From assembly GCA_052035175.1 (NCBI GenBank), contig JBPOHV010000001.1, forward strand, positions 459,338-523,337: a stretch of 64,000 nucleotides of DNA. The letters run 5' to 3'. Origin of the DNA: a candidate division WWE3 bacterium. Lineage in GTDB: Bacteria > Patescibacteriota > WWE3 > UBA101185 > UBA10185. The position numbers were made by a program, and so were the translations under genes. A model generated the notes under the pieces. That model was given only the letters and a program-made list of their open reading frames with translations. It made no database searches and was not told where the DNA came from. Of the stretch, positions 17,674 to 26,222 are shown piece after piece. The first letter of the stretch is position 1. The number at the start of each line of letters is the position of its first letter.

Positions 17674-19390
17674 GATCAGGCTTTACAAATTTTAATAGTA
17701 TCAAAACAAAAGTGGATGATATCAAACCGTATATTATCCAGAAATATTGCCAAGCGGTTATATGTTTGTGTGCAAAGCTTACAAACCCAGCAGATTTTGA
17801 AATGTTACTACTAAGTGTATCCAAATTTCTTTGCACTGTATACCTTTGTACTTTATTTGTAGTCTTTTCTAAAGCGAGAATTTCCACTTTTGGAGGCATA
17901 GCATTAGATGTTAACGCTCCTGCAGTATTAATATATGCAGATACATCAAACAAAATCACAAAAGCAATTACAAATAAAAAGCTTTTTTTATAGTTTGAAA
18001 GCGCTATCGCTAAATAAATAGCCAATATACCAAATACAGGAACTAAGTACCTTGGGCCAAACGCCCATCCACCCCAAACATCACCCCACATGGCATAAAG
18101 ACATACCAAGAGGCCAGAAACTCCTAGGAGTAGCGTGTGCATAACTTTATTAGATTTTTGTAAGAAGGCCATTCCATAAAAAGCCAAGATCATTACAGGT
18201 GCAAAAAATATAAATCCGCGATCTGGACTCAAAAATAAGATATACAGCCCATTTAACATTTCTCGCGTTTCAAAGTAATGCAAAGTATTTCTACTTTCGG
18301 TCTCTTGTTCAACGTCAAGATTTTCTTTTATAACAGCCTTGTTTTCGTCTTTGAATACTATTGGGTTACCTTGTTTGTCAAATTCCTGTACTTGTACAAC
18401 CGTACCAGCCAACTGCAAAGGATTTCCGTAAGATGTTTTATTAAACCAAAAGAAGAACGCAATAGCAGGAATTGCAGTGACTACACACAGAGTATATAGA
18501 GGTCTAAAAACCATTTTTAATTTATTGGTCTCTTTAGATATTTTTAGTACTTGTGTAACTGCATATATAGCAAAAGGTAGTAAAATTATCGCATTTGGGT
18601 AGTCTACTGAAATTGCAAGAAAGTAGGTAAAAGAAATAACCAACAATGTTTTATAGTTATCCCACTTCACAATCGCGTACAGACTTATCAAAATTAATAG
18701 TAATGTAACGTGGTGTTGATAAAGGCTTACTCCATATGCAAAAGCATTGGTGCCGAATAAAAAAGCCAGTGCAGCCAATACAGCTGCATATTTATTTGCT
18801 CCTAATTTTTTTGAAATCTCTATAATCAGTAAAACATTTATAAAAGCAATAAAAGTAATTACAGCATAAGTTCCCAATTGTGCTGCACCCAAAGCTTTAC
18901 CTATAACATATCCTGGAATTATTAAAAAAGAAACGCCTGGTGCAAATAACGAAACAAAGTTCCCATTAAAAAATCCCAAGTCGGGTGCAGCCAAACGCGC
19001 GACATCTTTTGAAAAATACAGTGTGTGATCTTCGACGACCGAATACATAAGCGCATAGCGTCCTCTGTCTGGGGATAGCTCGAGCGGGCCATCTTCTTTC
19101 CAGTTACTAGTGTTGAGTTCGGTTATAGAAGGATTTCCCACCATGCCTTTTATGCTTAGTGCAAGTATTGCAATTACTAAGATAAAGGCTATATATAGTG
19201 TTTTTTCTTTTATGCTTATTACTTTTTGAACCAATTGCTTAAGTAAAGGTGCAGCTATTTTGGCATTTATATCGAGGTTAGATATTTTGTTGTATATATA
19301 CTTTACGTTAAGCATTTTAGATATTCTGATATTTATTTTTAATAACAAAATTTTCGAAATCGACTTCATCGTATCTAATAATGTCTCCAA
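17663..19390 (-). CDS. GT-C-fold membrane glycosyltransferase (ArnT/PMT family-like). An alternative start at 19315 would avoid overlap with the SDR gene.
   Basis: Many TM helices, a large extracytoplasmic loop, and a C-terminal WGDVWGGWAFGPRYLVPV segment typical of PMT_2/ArnT-like enzymes. Confidence 0.5.
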   Translation of the reverse strand: METLLDTMKSISKILLLKINIRISKMLNVKYIYNKISNLDINAKIAAPLLKQLVQKVISIKEKTLYIAFILVIAILALSIKGMVGNPSITELNTSNWKEDGPLELSPDRGRYALMYSVVEDHTLYFSKDVARLAAPDLGFFNGNFVSLFAPGVSFLIIPGYVIGKALGAAQLGTYAVITFIAFINVLLIIEISKKLGANKYAAVLAALAFLFGTNAFAYGVSLYQHHVTLLLILISLYAIVKWDNYKTLLVISFTYFLAISVDYPNAIILLPFAIYAVTQVLKISKETNKLKMVFRPLYTLCVVTAIPAIAFFFWFNKTSYGNPLQLAGTVVQVQEFDKQGNPIVFKDENKAVIKENLDVEQETESRNTLHYFETREMLNGLYILFLSPDRGFIFFAPVMILAFYGMAFLQKSNKVMHTLLLGVSGLLVCLYAMWGDVWGGWAFGPRYLVPVFGILAIYLAIALSNYKKSFLFVIAFVILFDVSAYINTAGALTSNAMPPKVEILALEKTTNKVQRYTVQRNLDTLSSNISKSAGFVSFAHKHITAWQYFWIIYGLISSTFVLILLKFVKPDHEK

Positions 19391-20063
19391 TTATTTCTGC
19401 AACCCGATATGGGGACAAGTGATTGCCTGCTTTACTAGATACAAAATTTGTCATAGCAGATGGTAAGACGGCAATTACTCTTATGCCAAAGGGTTTTAAC
19501 TCATTTTTAAGAACATTAGTCATGCCTTCGACTGCATATTTTGTACTAGCATACAAAGATTTGTAAGGTGAGATCATACTATTGCGGGAGATTTTAGAAC
19601 CAATGTTTATTATAGTTCCTTGTTTTTGCTCTTTCATGTATTCTGCTGCATACTTTGATGTCAAAAAGTTTGATTTGATATTAACCGCAAGATATTCGTC
19701 TATGATATCTGAGGTAATCTCGCTTAGTTGTTTGTCGTATGTTACCGCGGCATTATTTATCAAAACATCTATTTTGCCGTATTCTTTGTGTATTTGATCA
19801 AAAATTGCGGCCACTTCGCTTTCATTTGTTATATCGCAAACCAGTGTATGCAACTTGTCTTGATTAGTAGCCGCAGATCTTGATAATGCGATAACATTAG
19901 CACCAGAATTATGCATATACTCTACAAGACACTTACCCAACCCCGTACTTGTACCAGTAATCACGATGATTTTTTCTGACAATTTGTTACTCGTCGGAAC
20001 CTCTAGCAGTTTTTGTTTGACAAGCAGATGAATTGTACGTTTTATATCCTTTAAAATTGTCAT
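19317..20063 (-). CDS. Short-chain dehydrogenase/reductase (SDR) family oxidoreductase
   Basis: ITGTSTGLG is the TGxxxGxG motif. Also NNAAV and the catalytic Ser...YASTK. Confidence 0.8.
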   Translation of the reverse strand: MTILKDIKRTIHLLVKQKLLEVPTSNKLSEKIIVITGTSTGLGKCLVEYMHNSGANVIALSRSAATNQDKLHTLVCDITNESEVAAIFDQIHKEYGKIDVLINNAAVTYDKQLSEITSDIIDEYLAVNIKSNFLTSKYAAEYMKEQKQGTIINIGSKISRNSMISPYKSLYASTKYAVEGMTNVLKNELKPFGIRVIAVLPSAMTNFVSSKAGNHLSPYRVAEIIGDIIRYDEVDFENFVIKNKYQNI

Positions 20064-20064
20064 A

Positions 20065-21237
20065 TTAAATTTTACTCATATAAAAATCGTGCATTCTTTT
20101 TGCTACTTCTTCCCATGTGTTTCTTAAGCCAAATTCTCGACTATTATTTTCAATTTGCTTAATTTCATCAGAGTTAGAATGCTCTAATACATAGTTAATC
20201 TTTTTTGCTAATGCATCACTATCTTTTGTTTCTATAAGATAGCCAGTTTCATTATCTTTGATTAAATAGGGGAGTGCGGTATTGTTTGCTACGATGCAGA
20301 CTTTTCCTTGACTTAAACCTTCGTGAACCACATTACAAAAGCTTTCCCACAAAGCCATATGCACCATCATTTGAGAGTGTTTGATCAAATAGTATTTATC
20401 GATGCCTTTTGAGATACCATAAAATATGACTCTATCTTCTACGCCCAAGCTTTTTGCCAAGTTGATTAACATTGTTTTATAACTTTCTTCTCCTACCGGA
20501 CCTACCAATAAGTATTTTACGTCTTTTGGTAATTTTGTAAGAGCCTTTATAGTTGTTTCATTATTTTTAATTTTGTAGATACGGCCAATCTGAATAATGT
20601 ATCTTCCAAATTGGTTTACGTGAGTCTTTACCAATGCACTTGCTTTGGCATCTACATCTTCAAAAGCTTCGTTTTCGAGCCCATTGTCGATAACTACTAC
20701 TTTTTCTTTGTTTACTCCTTTTGCAACAATTTGTTCTTTTTCCCATTCTGATACAGCCCTCACGCCATCAACAACAAGGTTTATCATCAATGTACCTAAA
20801 GTATAATGATATGTGGATTTCACTAGTCGTGTTGGAAGATCATATATAGACCATTCAGGATTAAACCCACCGTGTGGTGTTAGAAAGAGCTTAAATTTCT
20901 TTTTACCAAATATTTTTAGTATCAATGCAAAAGCCATTATGGCGAAATGAGGTAATATGTTGAAATTGTGCAAACATACAAAGTCTGCCTTTTGCCAATC
21001 TATTTTAGGCCAATAACCCATAGGCCCATAATTATATCTATTAACATTAATACCACTTATGATTTCTTCAGACTTCAGCACGTTTTTTTCGGTCAACGTA
21101 TCTGTAGTCGTATGCATGATTATGTCCCAGCCGCCTTTTACAAGCACTTTGTAAGTTTCATGTGTATTTACCTCAATTCCAGCTGTTACAGGAATAAAGT
21201 ATTTTTCTATAACATGTACAATCTTTTTTTCTGACAT
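20065..21237 (-). CDS. GT4-family (GT-B) glycosyltransferase
   Basis: C-terminal EX7E-type motif HMALWESFCNVVHEGLSQGKVCIVANNTALPYLIKDNETGYLIE. Confidence 0.7.
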   Translation of the reverse strand: MSEKKIVHVIEKYFIPVTAGIEVNTHETYKVLVKGGWDIIMHTTTDTLTEKNVLKSEEIISGINVNRYNYGPMGYWPKIDWQKADFVCLHNFNILPHFAIMAFALILKIFGKKKFKLFLTPHGGFNPEWSIYDLPTRLVKSTYHYTLGTLMINLVVDGVRAVSEWEKEQIVAKGVNKEKVVVIDNGLENEAFEDVDAKASALVKTHVNQFGRYIIQIGRIYKIKNNETTIKALTKLPKDVKYLLVGPVGEESYKTMLINLAKSLGVEDRVIFYGISKGIDKYYLIKHSQMMVHMALWESFCNVVHEGLSQGKVCIVANNTALPYLIKDNETGYLIETKDSDALAKKINYVLEHSNSDEIKQIENNSREFGLRNTWEEVAKRMHDFYMSKI

Positions 21238-21977
21238 TATGCTTTCCTCGCTTTTATAGAAACTATAACTGGGAAGTATTGATCATTGTAATCAAGTTCT
21301 TTTTTATCCATTTCTTCTAACGCCATTCCAACCCAGAAACATTGGCCTGCCAATGCATTTCCATATGTTTTAACTTCGAGTTCATCATGTACGAAGTATT
21401 TGTTAAAAATATATTCACCAGAAGCACGTGTCCATCTCCAATGATGGTGGTCGATATTCCAGACTGGTCCCAAGCATGGCATTGTAACAAGTATATATCC
21501 ACCTTTCTTCAAGATTCTATGACATTCTTTAATAGCTGCAGGGTAGTCATCGATCATTACAAAAGTTTGAGTGATTATCAAACAATCATATGTTTCATCA
21601 GCAATGTCTTTTAAGTCTCTTAAGTCTCCATAAAGATTGGCAACTTTATTATTTGTGTTTATATCCAAAGCATCTGCCCTAGAAACTTTTTCTTTGCCGT
21701 ATTTTTGTATATAAGCTGTGTCTGTAATTTCCAAGCAAGCTCCCTTTACTACATCAGCATTTTTTTCCATAAATTGTTCTATATAATATCGATCTATTGG
21801 TGTGCCTCTATCGTATCCGTAGACAGTGCTTAGCGGTTCTACGTTTTTAGTGTCTTCTACTCTTTTTGGTAATGGTGCGATGTAATAATTACTCAATGGT
21901 CTTAGTGTTTTCACTACAACATTTTGCACTTTTCGTACTATTTTATAAACTATTGAATTAGGATCTTTTTTTATCAT
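21237..21977 (-). CDS. Class I SAM-dependent methyltransferase (tentative)
   Basis: ACLEITDT...DCLIITQ...ILKKGGYILVT has Rossmann MTase-like spacing. Confidence 0.5.
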   Translation of the reverse strand: MIKKDPNSIVYKIVRKVQNVVVKTLRPLSNYYIAPLPKRVEDTKNVEPLSTVYGYDRGTPIDRYYIEQFMEKNADVVKGACLEITDTAYIQKYGKEKVSRADALDINTNNKVANLYGDLRDLKDIADETYDCLIITQTFVMIDDYPAAIKECHRILKKGGYILVTMPCLGPVWNIDHHHWRWTRASGEYIFNKYFVHDELEVKTYGNALAGQCFWVGMALEEMDKKELDYNDQYFPVIVSIKARKA

Positions 21978-22795
21978 AATATTGATCTTTCTATTATTTG
22001 TTTTTTTACAAATTTCTTAATAAACTTTCTAAACTTTATTACAGATGGAGATATTGTCCATAAGACTTCATTTATCCCGTGCGAACTATCTATTCCCACT
22101 CTTGGAATAGTTAGTAAGTCAGTGTTGGATGTTAGCGCCGCGTCATCCATACTAAATGCCGCTGTATACCCAGCTGATCTAATATATTTCAACACGTCGC
22201 TTGTATAATTTCCCTTTGGATAAGCAAAATAGTCTATGTTTATACCTAGGTCCGCCTGAAGCTTTTCTTTTGCTGTGATTACCTCTTCTTTTATCTGTGC
22301 TTTTGAAATACCAGAAAAGTTGATATGAGTCAAACTATGAGCCCCTACAGACCAGCCATTTCTATATAGCATTTTAATGTCATCGATAGATAAAAAGTCT
22401 TTTTTTGTATTCAAAGCTAGTTCGCCAAAATTATAATTTTCAGTATCAGCTATTACAAATATGCATGGTTTTATTTTCAATTGTTCCAAAAATTGCTCCG
22501 TTCGCAATATGTTTTTATATCCGTCGTCAAACGTTAGAACTACAGATTTTGTCATCGGCTTATTTGTTTGGAGATTTTCTAGCAGTTCGTTTACAGTTAT
22601 GAAGTTATATCCGTGCATTAAAAGTTTATTTATGTGTAATATGAATAGTTCTGGTTTTGTACTAAATCTCCATGCATCATTTGAAATACTGTGGTAACAC
22701 AAAACAACTGCGCTATTCTTTGTCTGCAGTATGTTGTCGATACTAAATAACGTAAAATAAATTATTTTTCTAATTAGTATAAAGAAGTTTTTCAT
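21974..22795 (-). CDS. Polysaccharide deacetylase (NodB homology domain, CE4) with an N-terminal membrane anchor (ORF-track start 22831)
   Basis: VVLTFDDGYKN (the TFDDG motif) and WSVGAHSLTHINFS (the His motif). Confidence 0.75.
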   Translation of the reverse strand: MKNFFILIRKIIYFTLFSIDNILQTKNSAVVLCYHSISNDAWRFSTKPELFILHINKLLMHGYNFITVNELLENLQTNKPMTKSVVLTFDDGYKNILRTEQFLEQLKIKPCIFVIADTENYNFGELALNTKKDFLSIDDIKMLYRNGWSVGAHSLTHINFSGISKAQIKEEVITAKEKLQADLGINIDYFAYPKGNYTSDVLKYIRSAGYTAAFSMDDAALTSNTDLLTIPRVGIDSSHGINEVLWTISPSVIKFRKFIKKFVKKQIIERSIL

Positions 22796-23721
22796 ATGTT
22801 TACTGTCTTTGACGAATTTGCCAATGTCCATGTGTCTTTATTGATTTTTTCAGGTTTGATTGCACTATACAGATAACAATATAAGACTAAGAAAGGATAT
22901 ATAGTGCTGTAAATAGGACTTTTTAGAAATACCTTTATTCCAGATATTGCTAGTTTTACCCATGGCCATTTAGTAAGTCTATGTATCAATTGCTTAGGTA
23001 AATCGTCATAAAATATCTTGTTAGAATTATAAAAGCGTATTTCTTGTTTTAAATGATCGTATAACGTTGCAGGTAATGCATACCAGCATTCTGTATCTTT
23101 TACAAAACTAAACTTAAACCCATTAGCGTGACAAAAAATATACGAATACATATCTTCTGCAAAGCTCTTTTTGAATTCAAATTTAAGTACAAATGCTTTG
23201 GATAAGGCTCTAATAGTGCCGTGGCAATTGTACCAATTATCACCGTCATTTAGATCTTCAAACGTTTCTCTTTTTATTTCGTTCCCAATAGCGAGAACTT
23301 TTTCTATAAATGTGCGTGGCTTGCTTTCTAAAAGGCGACAAGATACTAGATCGGCATGATCTTCACTTATTGGCTTGATCATTTTTTGTAAGCATTTGTT
23401 ATCTGTAATTCTAATGTCACCATTTAACAACAATACTATGTCAGCATTTTTATAGTGCATCAATTCATTTGATCTTGCGGCTAAGCCTTTGTTTTCTTTA
23501 TTGTCTACAACGATGATTTTGTCATTACTGACACTTTGCGCTTGCGCTACCGTATTATCGGTAGAACCATCAGAAAGAACAACTATGTTTATTAATTCAA
23601 ATGTTGATATGTCTTGTGCAACTAGGTCTGTTAAAAGATTTTTTATATTTGATCCTTCGTTGTAAGCTGGTATTCCGATAAGTACTTTTGGTTTATCCAT
23701 ATTATTTGTTTGAGTTACCAA
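22792..23721 (-). CDS. GT2-family (GT-A) glycosyltransferase
   Basis: IGIPAYNEGSNI and VVLSDGSTDNT motifs. Confidence 0.75.
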   Translation of the reverse strand: MVTQTNNMDKPKVLIGIPAYNEGSNIKNLLTDLVAQDISTFELINIVVLSDGSTDNTVAQAQSVSNDKIIVVDNKENKGLAARSNELMHYKNADIVLLLNGDIRITDNKCLQKMIKPISEDHADLVSCRLLESKPRTFIEKVLAIGNEIKRETFEDLNDGDNWYNCHGTIRALSKAFVLKFEFKKSFAEDMYSYIFCHANGFKFSFVKDTECWYALPATLYDHLKQEIRFYNSNKIFYDDLPKQLIHRLTKWPWVKLAISGIKVFLKSPIYSTIYPFLVLYCYLYSAIKPEKINKDTWTLANSSKTVNI

Positions 23722-26221
23722 CTTTATCTGTCAAATTTAGTTTCCATACAGAATCTTCTATATTAGACGTTTGAATACTGAGTGTTTTTCGTATTTCGTG
23801 TAAAAATTTATTTGCTGTCATTTCCCAGCTAAAATTATTTGCCCACAATTTACCAGTCTTACCAAATGTAGTTCTTAATTCATGATCAGATATCAATTTA
23901 TCAAGGGCTTCTGCTGTTTGGTCTACATTTGCCCATTCGACCAGCAATCCAGTTTTTTCATGATTTACCGATTCTTTGAGTCCGGGAACATTTGTTGCAA
24001 CTACTGGAGTTTCACACATATTTGCTTCTATAACAGTAATTCCCCAACCTTCTACCATTGATAATTGTACTGCTATCCACGATTTGGTAAACAGTTGTGC
24101 CTTTGTTTTTTCAGTAACATTACCTTTGAAAACCACATGTTTTTGAAGTCCTAATTGGTTGACTTGTGCTTTTAGTGTTTTTTCGTGTTCTCCGCTTCCG
24201 GCTATTATCAGCTTGATATTAGTATATTTCTCTTTTAATTTATGAATAGCGTGAATTGCTGTATCTACGCCTTTATACTCGCGCAGACGTCCAAGATATA
24301 AAACGGTTGGCGTTGACGTCTTTTTCACTTTTGCTGGTTTGATTTCGACGCCAGGGTACATAATTTCTATGTTTTGATTTTTCCCAAGACCTATTTTGAG
24401 CATTTCTTCTCTTGTAGAATCTGATACAGCTAACATTTTGATTTTTCTGTATAAGAACGGCATCAATATACCTTCTAAAAACATAGAAAGTTGCTTGGTA
24501 GGGAATGGTAATTCTTTTTTAAACATTTCTTGATGTACTTGATGAACAAGACATATCTTTGGTTTTGTTACAAATAGAGGAGTAAAGAAAGGTACACCTT
24601 TGGGAATATCGATGACTACATCAAAGTTTTTTCTAAACTTGATTACGTAATATATAAATCCCCAGATTGCTACAGTATAAATCCCGCCGCGTCTAAAAAC
24701 TTTAACGCCATCTACTTCTTCATAATGCTCGCTTTGTTGATCATTTCCGCAAAAGAATGTTACATCATGCCCTTGTTTCACAAAATTTTTAGCAACTTGA
24801 TGTATATATATTTCTGCACCGCCACCCCATACGTGTTTTGTATCGTACCAGTTATATATTAATATACGGAGCTTATCAGGGTTTAGTTTACGTGGTTTGG
24901 GAAGAGGCGAGAACAACCCATAAAAAGCTACTAGGTTATTTAACGCTATTTCTATATGAGTATTAAACAAATGCAAAAGTAGTGCCGTACTCAAATTTAC
25001 AAATCCTAGTACAGCCATAAGTATGACGAAGCTTTCTAAATCGGTATTAAAATGTCCAAGCACATATATTTGTACTAAAGCTAGTAAAAAGCTAGTAATT
25101 GGGAACAAAGATTTGTCTTTAATTTGATAGTAACCAAAGATTGTAGAGGCCAACGAAAACAAAAGTACTGCAAAGCCATAAATAGGTAAAAGCTCAGTTA
25201 CATTTGAGATCTTATCTCCAAATAAAAACGCTGCAGTGTGATTGCCAAAGAGTCCTACTGCTATATATACACAAAAGCTACATAACGCAGAAATGAAGAA
25301 CAAAGTATAAAACTTGTTAGAACTATCTACCTTTGAGCCTTCATCTTTACTAACTAACGGTAAGATAAATTGACTAAAAAGGCCTCCTATCGAAAATATC
25401 ATTTTGCCGACCAAAGCTACTAATGCGTATTCACCTGCTTCAATTGGAGATAAATAGTGTTTTGCTAAAAGCACATCAAAGCTTAAAAAAGCTATAATCG
25501 AGAAATTATACACAAATGAAGACGTATAGAATTTTGTTGGGAATTTGATGTTGTCCGATTTAGCTTGTGCTGTTTGTTTTCTAACCATGAATTTTACAGA
25601 GAGATATGCTATCGACAAAGCTACAAACAGTGATGTAGGTATAGCCAAATAAGCAAATTCGCCATAGCCAGTTACGACTAAGATATATGCAACGAGAAGC
25701 TTACAAATAGCTTCTACAGTTATCAAAATTCCAACAGCAGTAAACTTCAAATTACCGTTTATAAAGCCAGTATCTATAGAAGCTAAGCTTGCTATGAAAA
25801 TACAAGGTGTAAACAAAAGTATAGGTAGTAGTGAGTCGGTTTTAAAATAGTTCATCAAGAAAGGGGAGGCAACGATCCATACAACACTGAACAATCCAGA
25901 AATCAAAAAGATATTTTTGCGAGTTTCATACCAAAACGTTGTAAATGGTTTTTTATATTTTCCAAAATAAAAAGCAGACTCGTGTATAACTGTACGGTTC
26001 AAAGCATTTAGCGGTATCGATAATAAAAATAAGAAGCTACCGATCAAACTAATCAATCCAAAATCTTCGATTGACACAGCTCGCGTTAAAAAAGCGTTAT
26101 AGGCGTAGTTGAGAAAATTTGCAACTACACCAGAGGCTACAAGAACCATTCCAGATGTTGCATAAGCTTTTACCGAGGAAAAAGCTTTGTTGATTAGTGC
26201 ATAAATTTTGTTTAGCACCAT
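23702..26221 (-). CDS. Fusion protein: N-terminal Wzx/MOP-type polysaccharide flippase-like polytopic domain plus C-terminal GT4 glycosyltransferase
   Basis: The first ~430 aa contain more than 12 TM helices of the polysaccharide-biosynthesis-protein type. The last ~380 aa are GT-B, with LAVSDSTREEM...EGWGITVIEANMCETPVVATNVPGLKESVNHEKTGLLV. Confidence 0.65.
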   Translation of the reverse strand: MVLNKIYALINKAFSSVKAYATSGMVLVASGVVANFLNYAYNAFLTRAVSIEDFGLISLIGSFLFLLSIPLNALNRTVIHESAFYFGKYKKPFTTFWYETRKNIFLISGLFSVVWIVASPFLMNYFKTDSLLPILLFTPCIFIASLASIDTGFINGNLKFTAVGILITVEAICKLLVAYILVVTGYGEFAYLAIPTSLFVALSIAYLSVKFMVRKQTAQAKSDNIKFPTKFYTSSFVYNFSIIAFLSFDVLLAKHYLSPIEAGEYALVALVGKMIFSIGGLFSQFILPLVSKDEGSKVDSSNKFYTLFFISALCSFCVYIAVGLFGNHTAAFLFGDKISNVTELLPIYGFAVLLFSLASTIFGYYQIKDKSLFPITSFLLALVQIYVLGHFNTDLESFVILMAVLGFVNLSTALLLHLFNTHIEIALNNLVAFYGLFSPLPKPRKLNPDKLRILIYNWYDTKHVWGGGAEIYIHQVAKNFVKQGHDVTFFCGNDQQSEHYEEVDGVKVFRRGGIYTVAIWGFIYYVIKFRKNFDVVIDIPKGVPFFTPLFVTKPKICLVHQVHQEMFKKELPFPTKQLSMFLEGILMPFLYRKIKMLAVSDSTREEMLKIGLGKNQNIEIMYPGVEIKPAKVKKTSTPTVLYLGRLREYKGVDTAIHAIHKLKEKYTNIKLIIAGSGEHEKTLKAQVNQLGLQKHVVFKGNVTEKTKAQLFTKSWIAVQLSMVEGWGITVIEANMCETPVVATNVPGLKESVNHEKTGLLVEWANVDQTAEALDKLISDHELRTTFGKTGKLWANNFSWEMTANKFLHEIRKTLSIQTSNIEDSVWKLNLTDKVGNSNK

Positions 26222-26222
26222 A

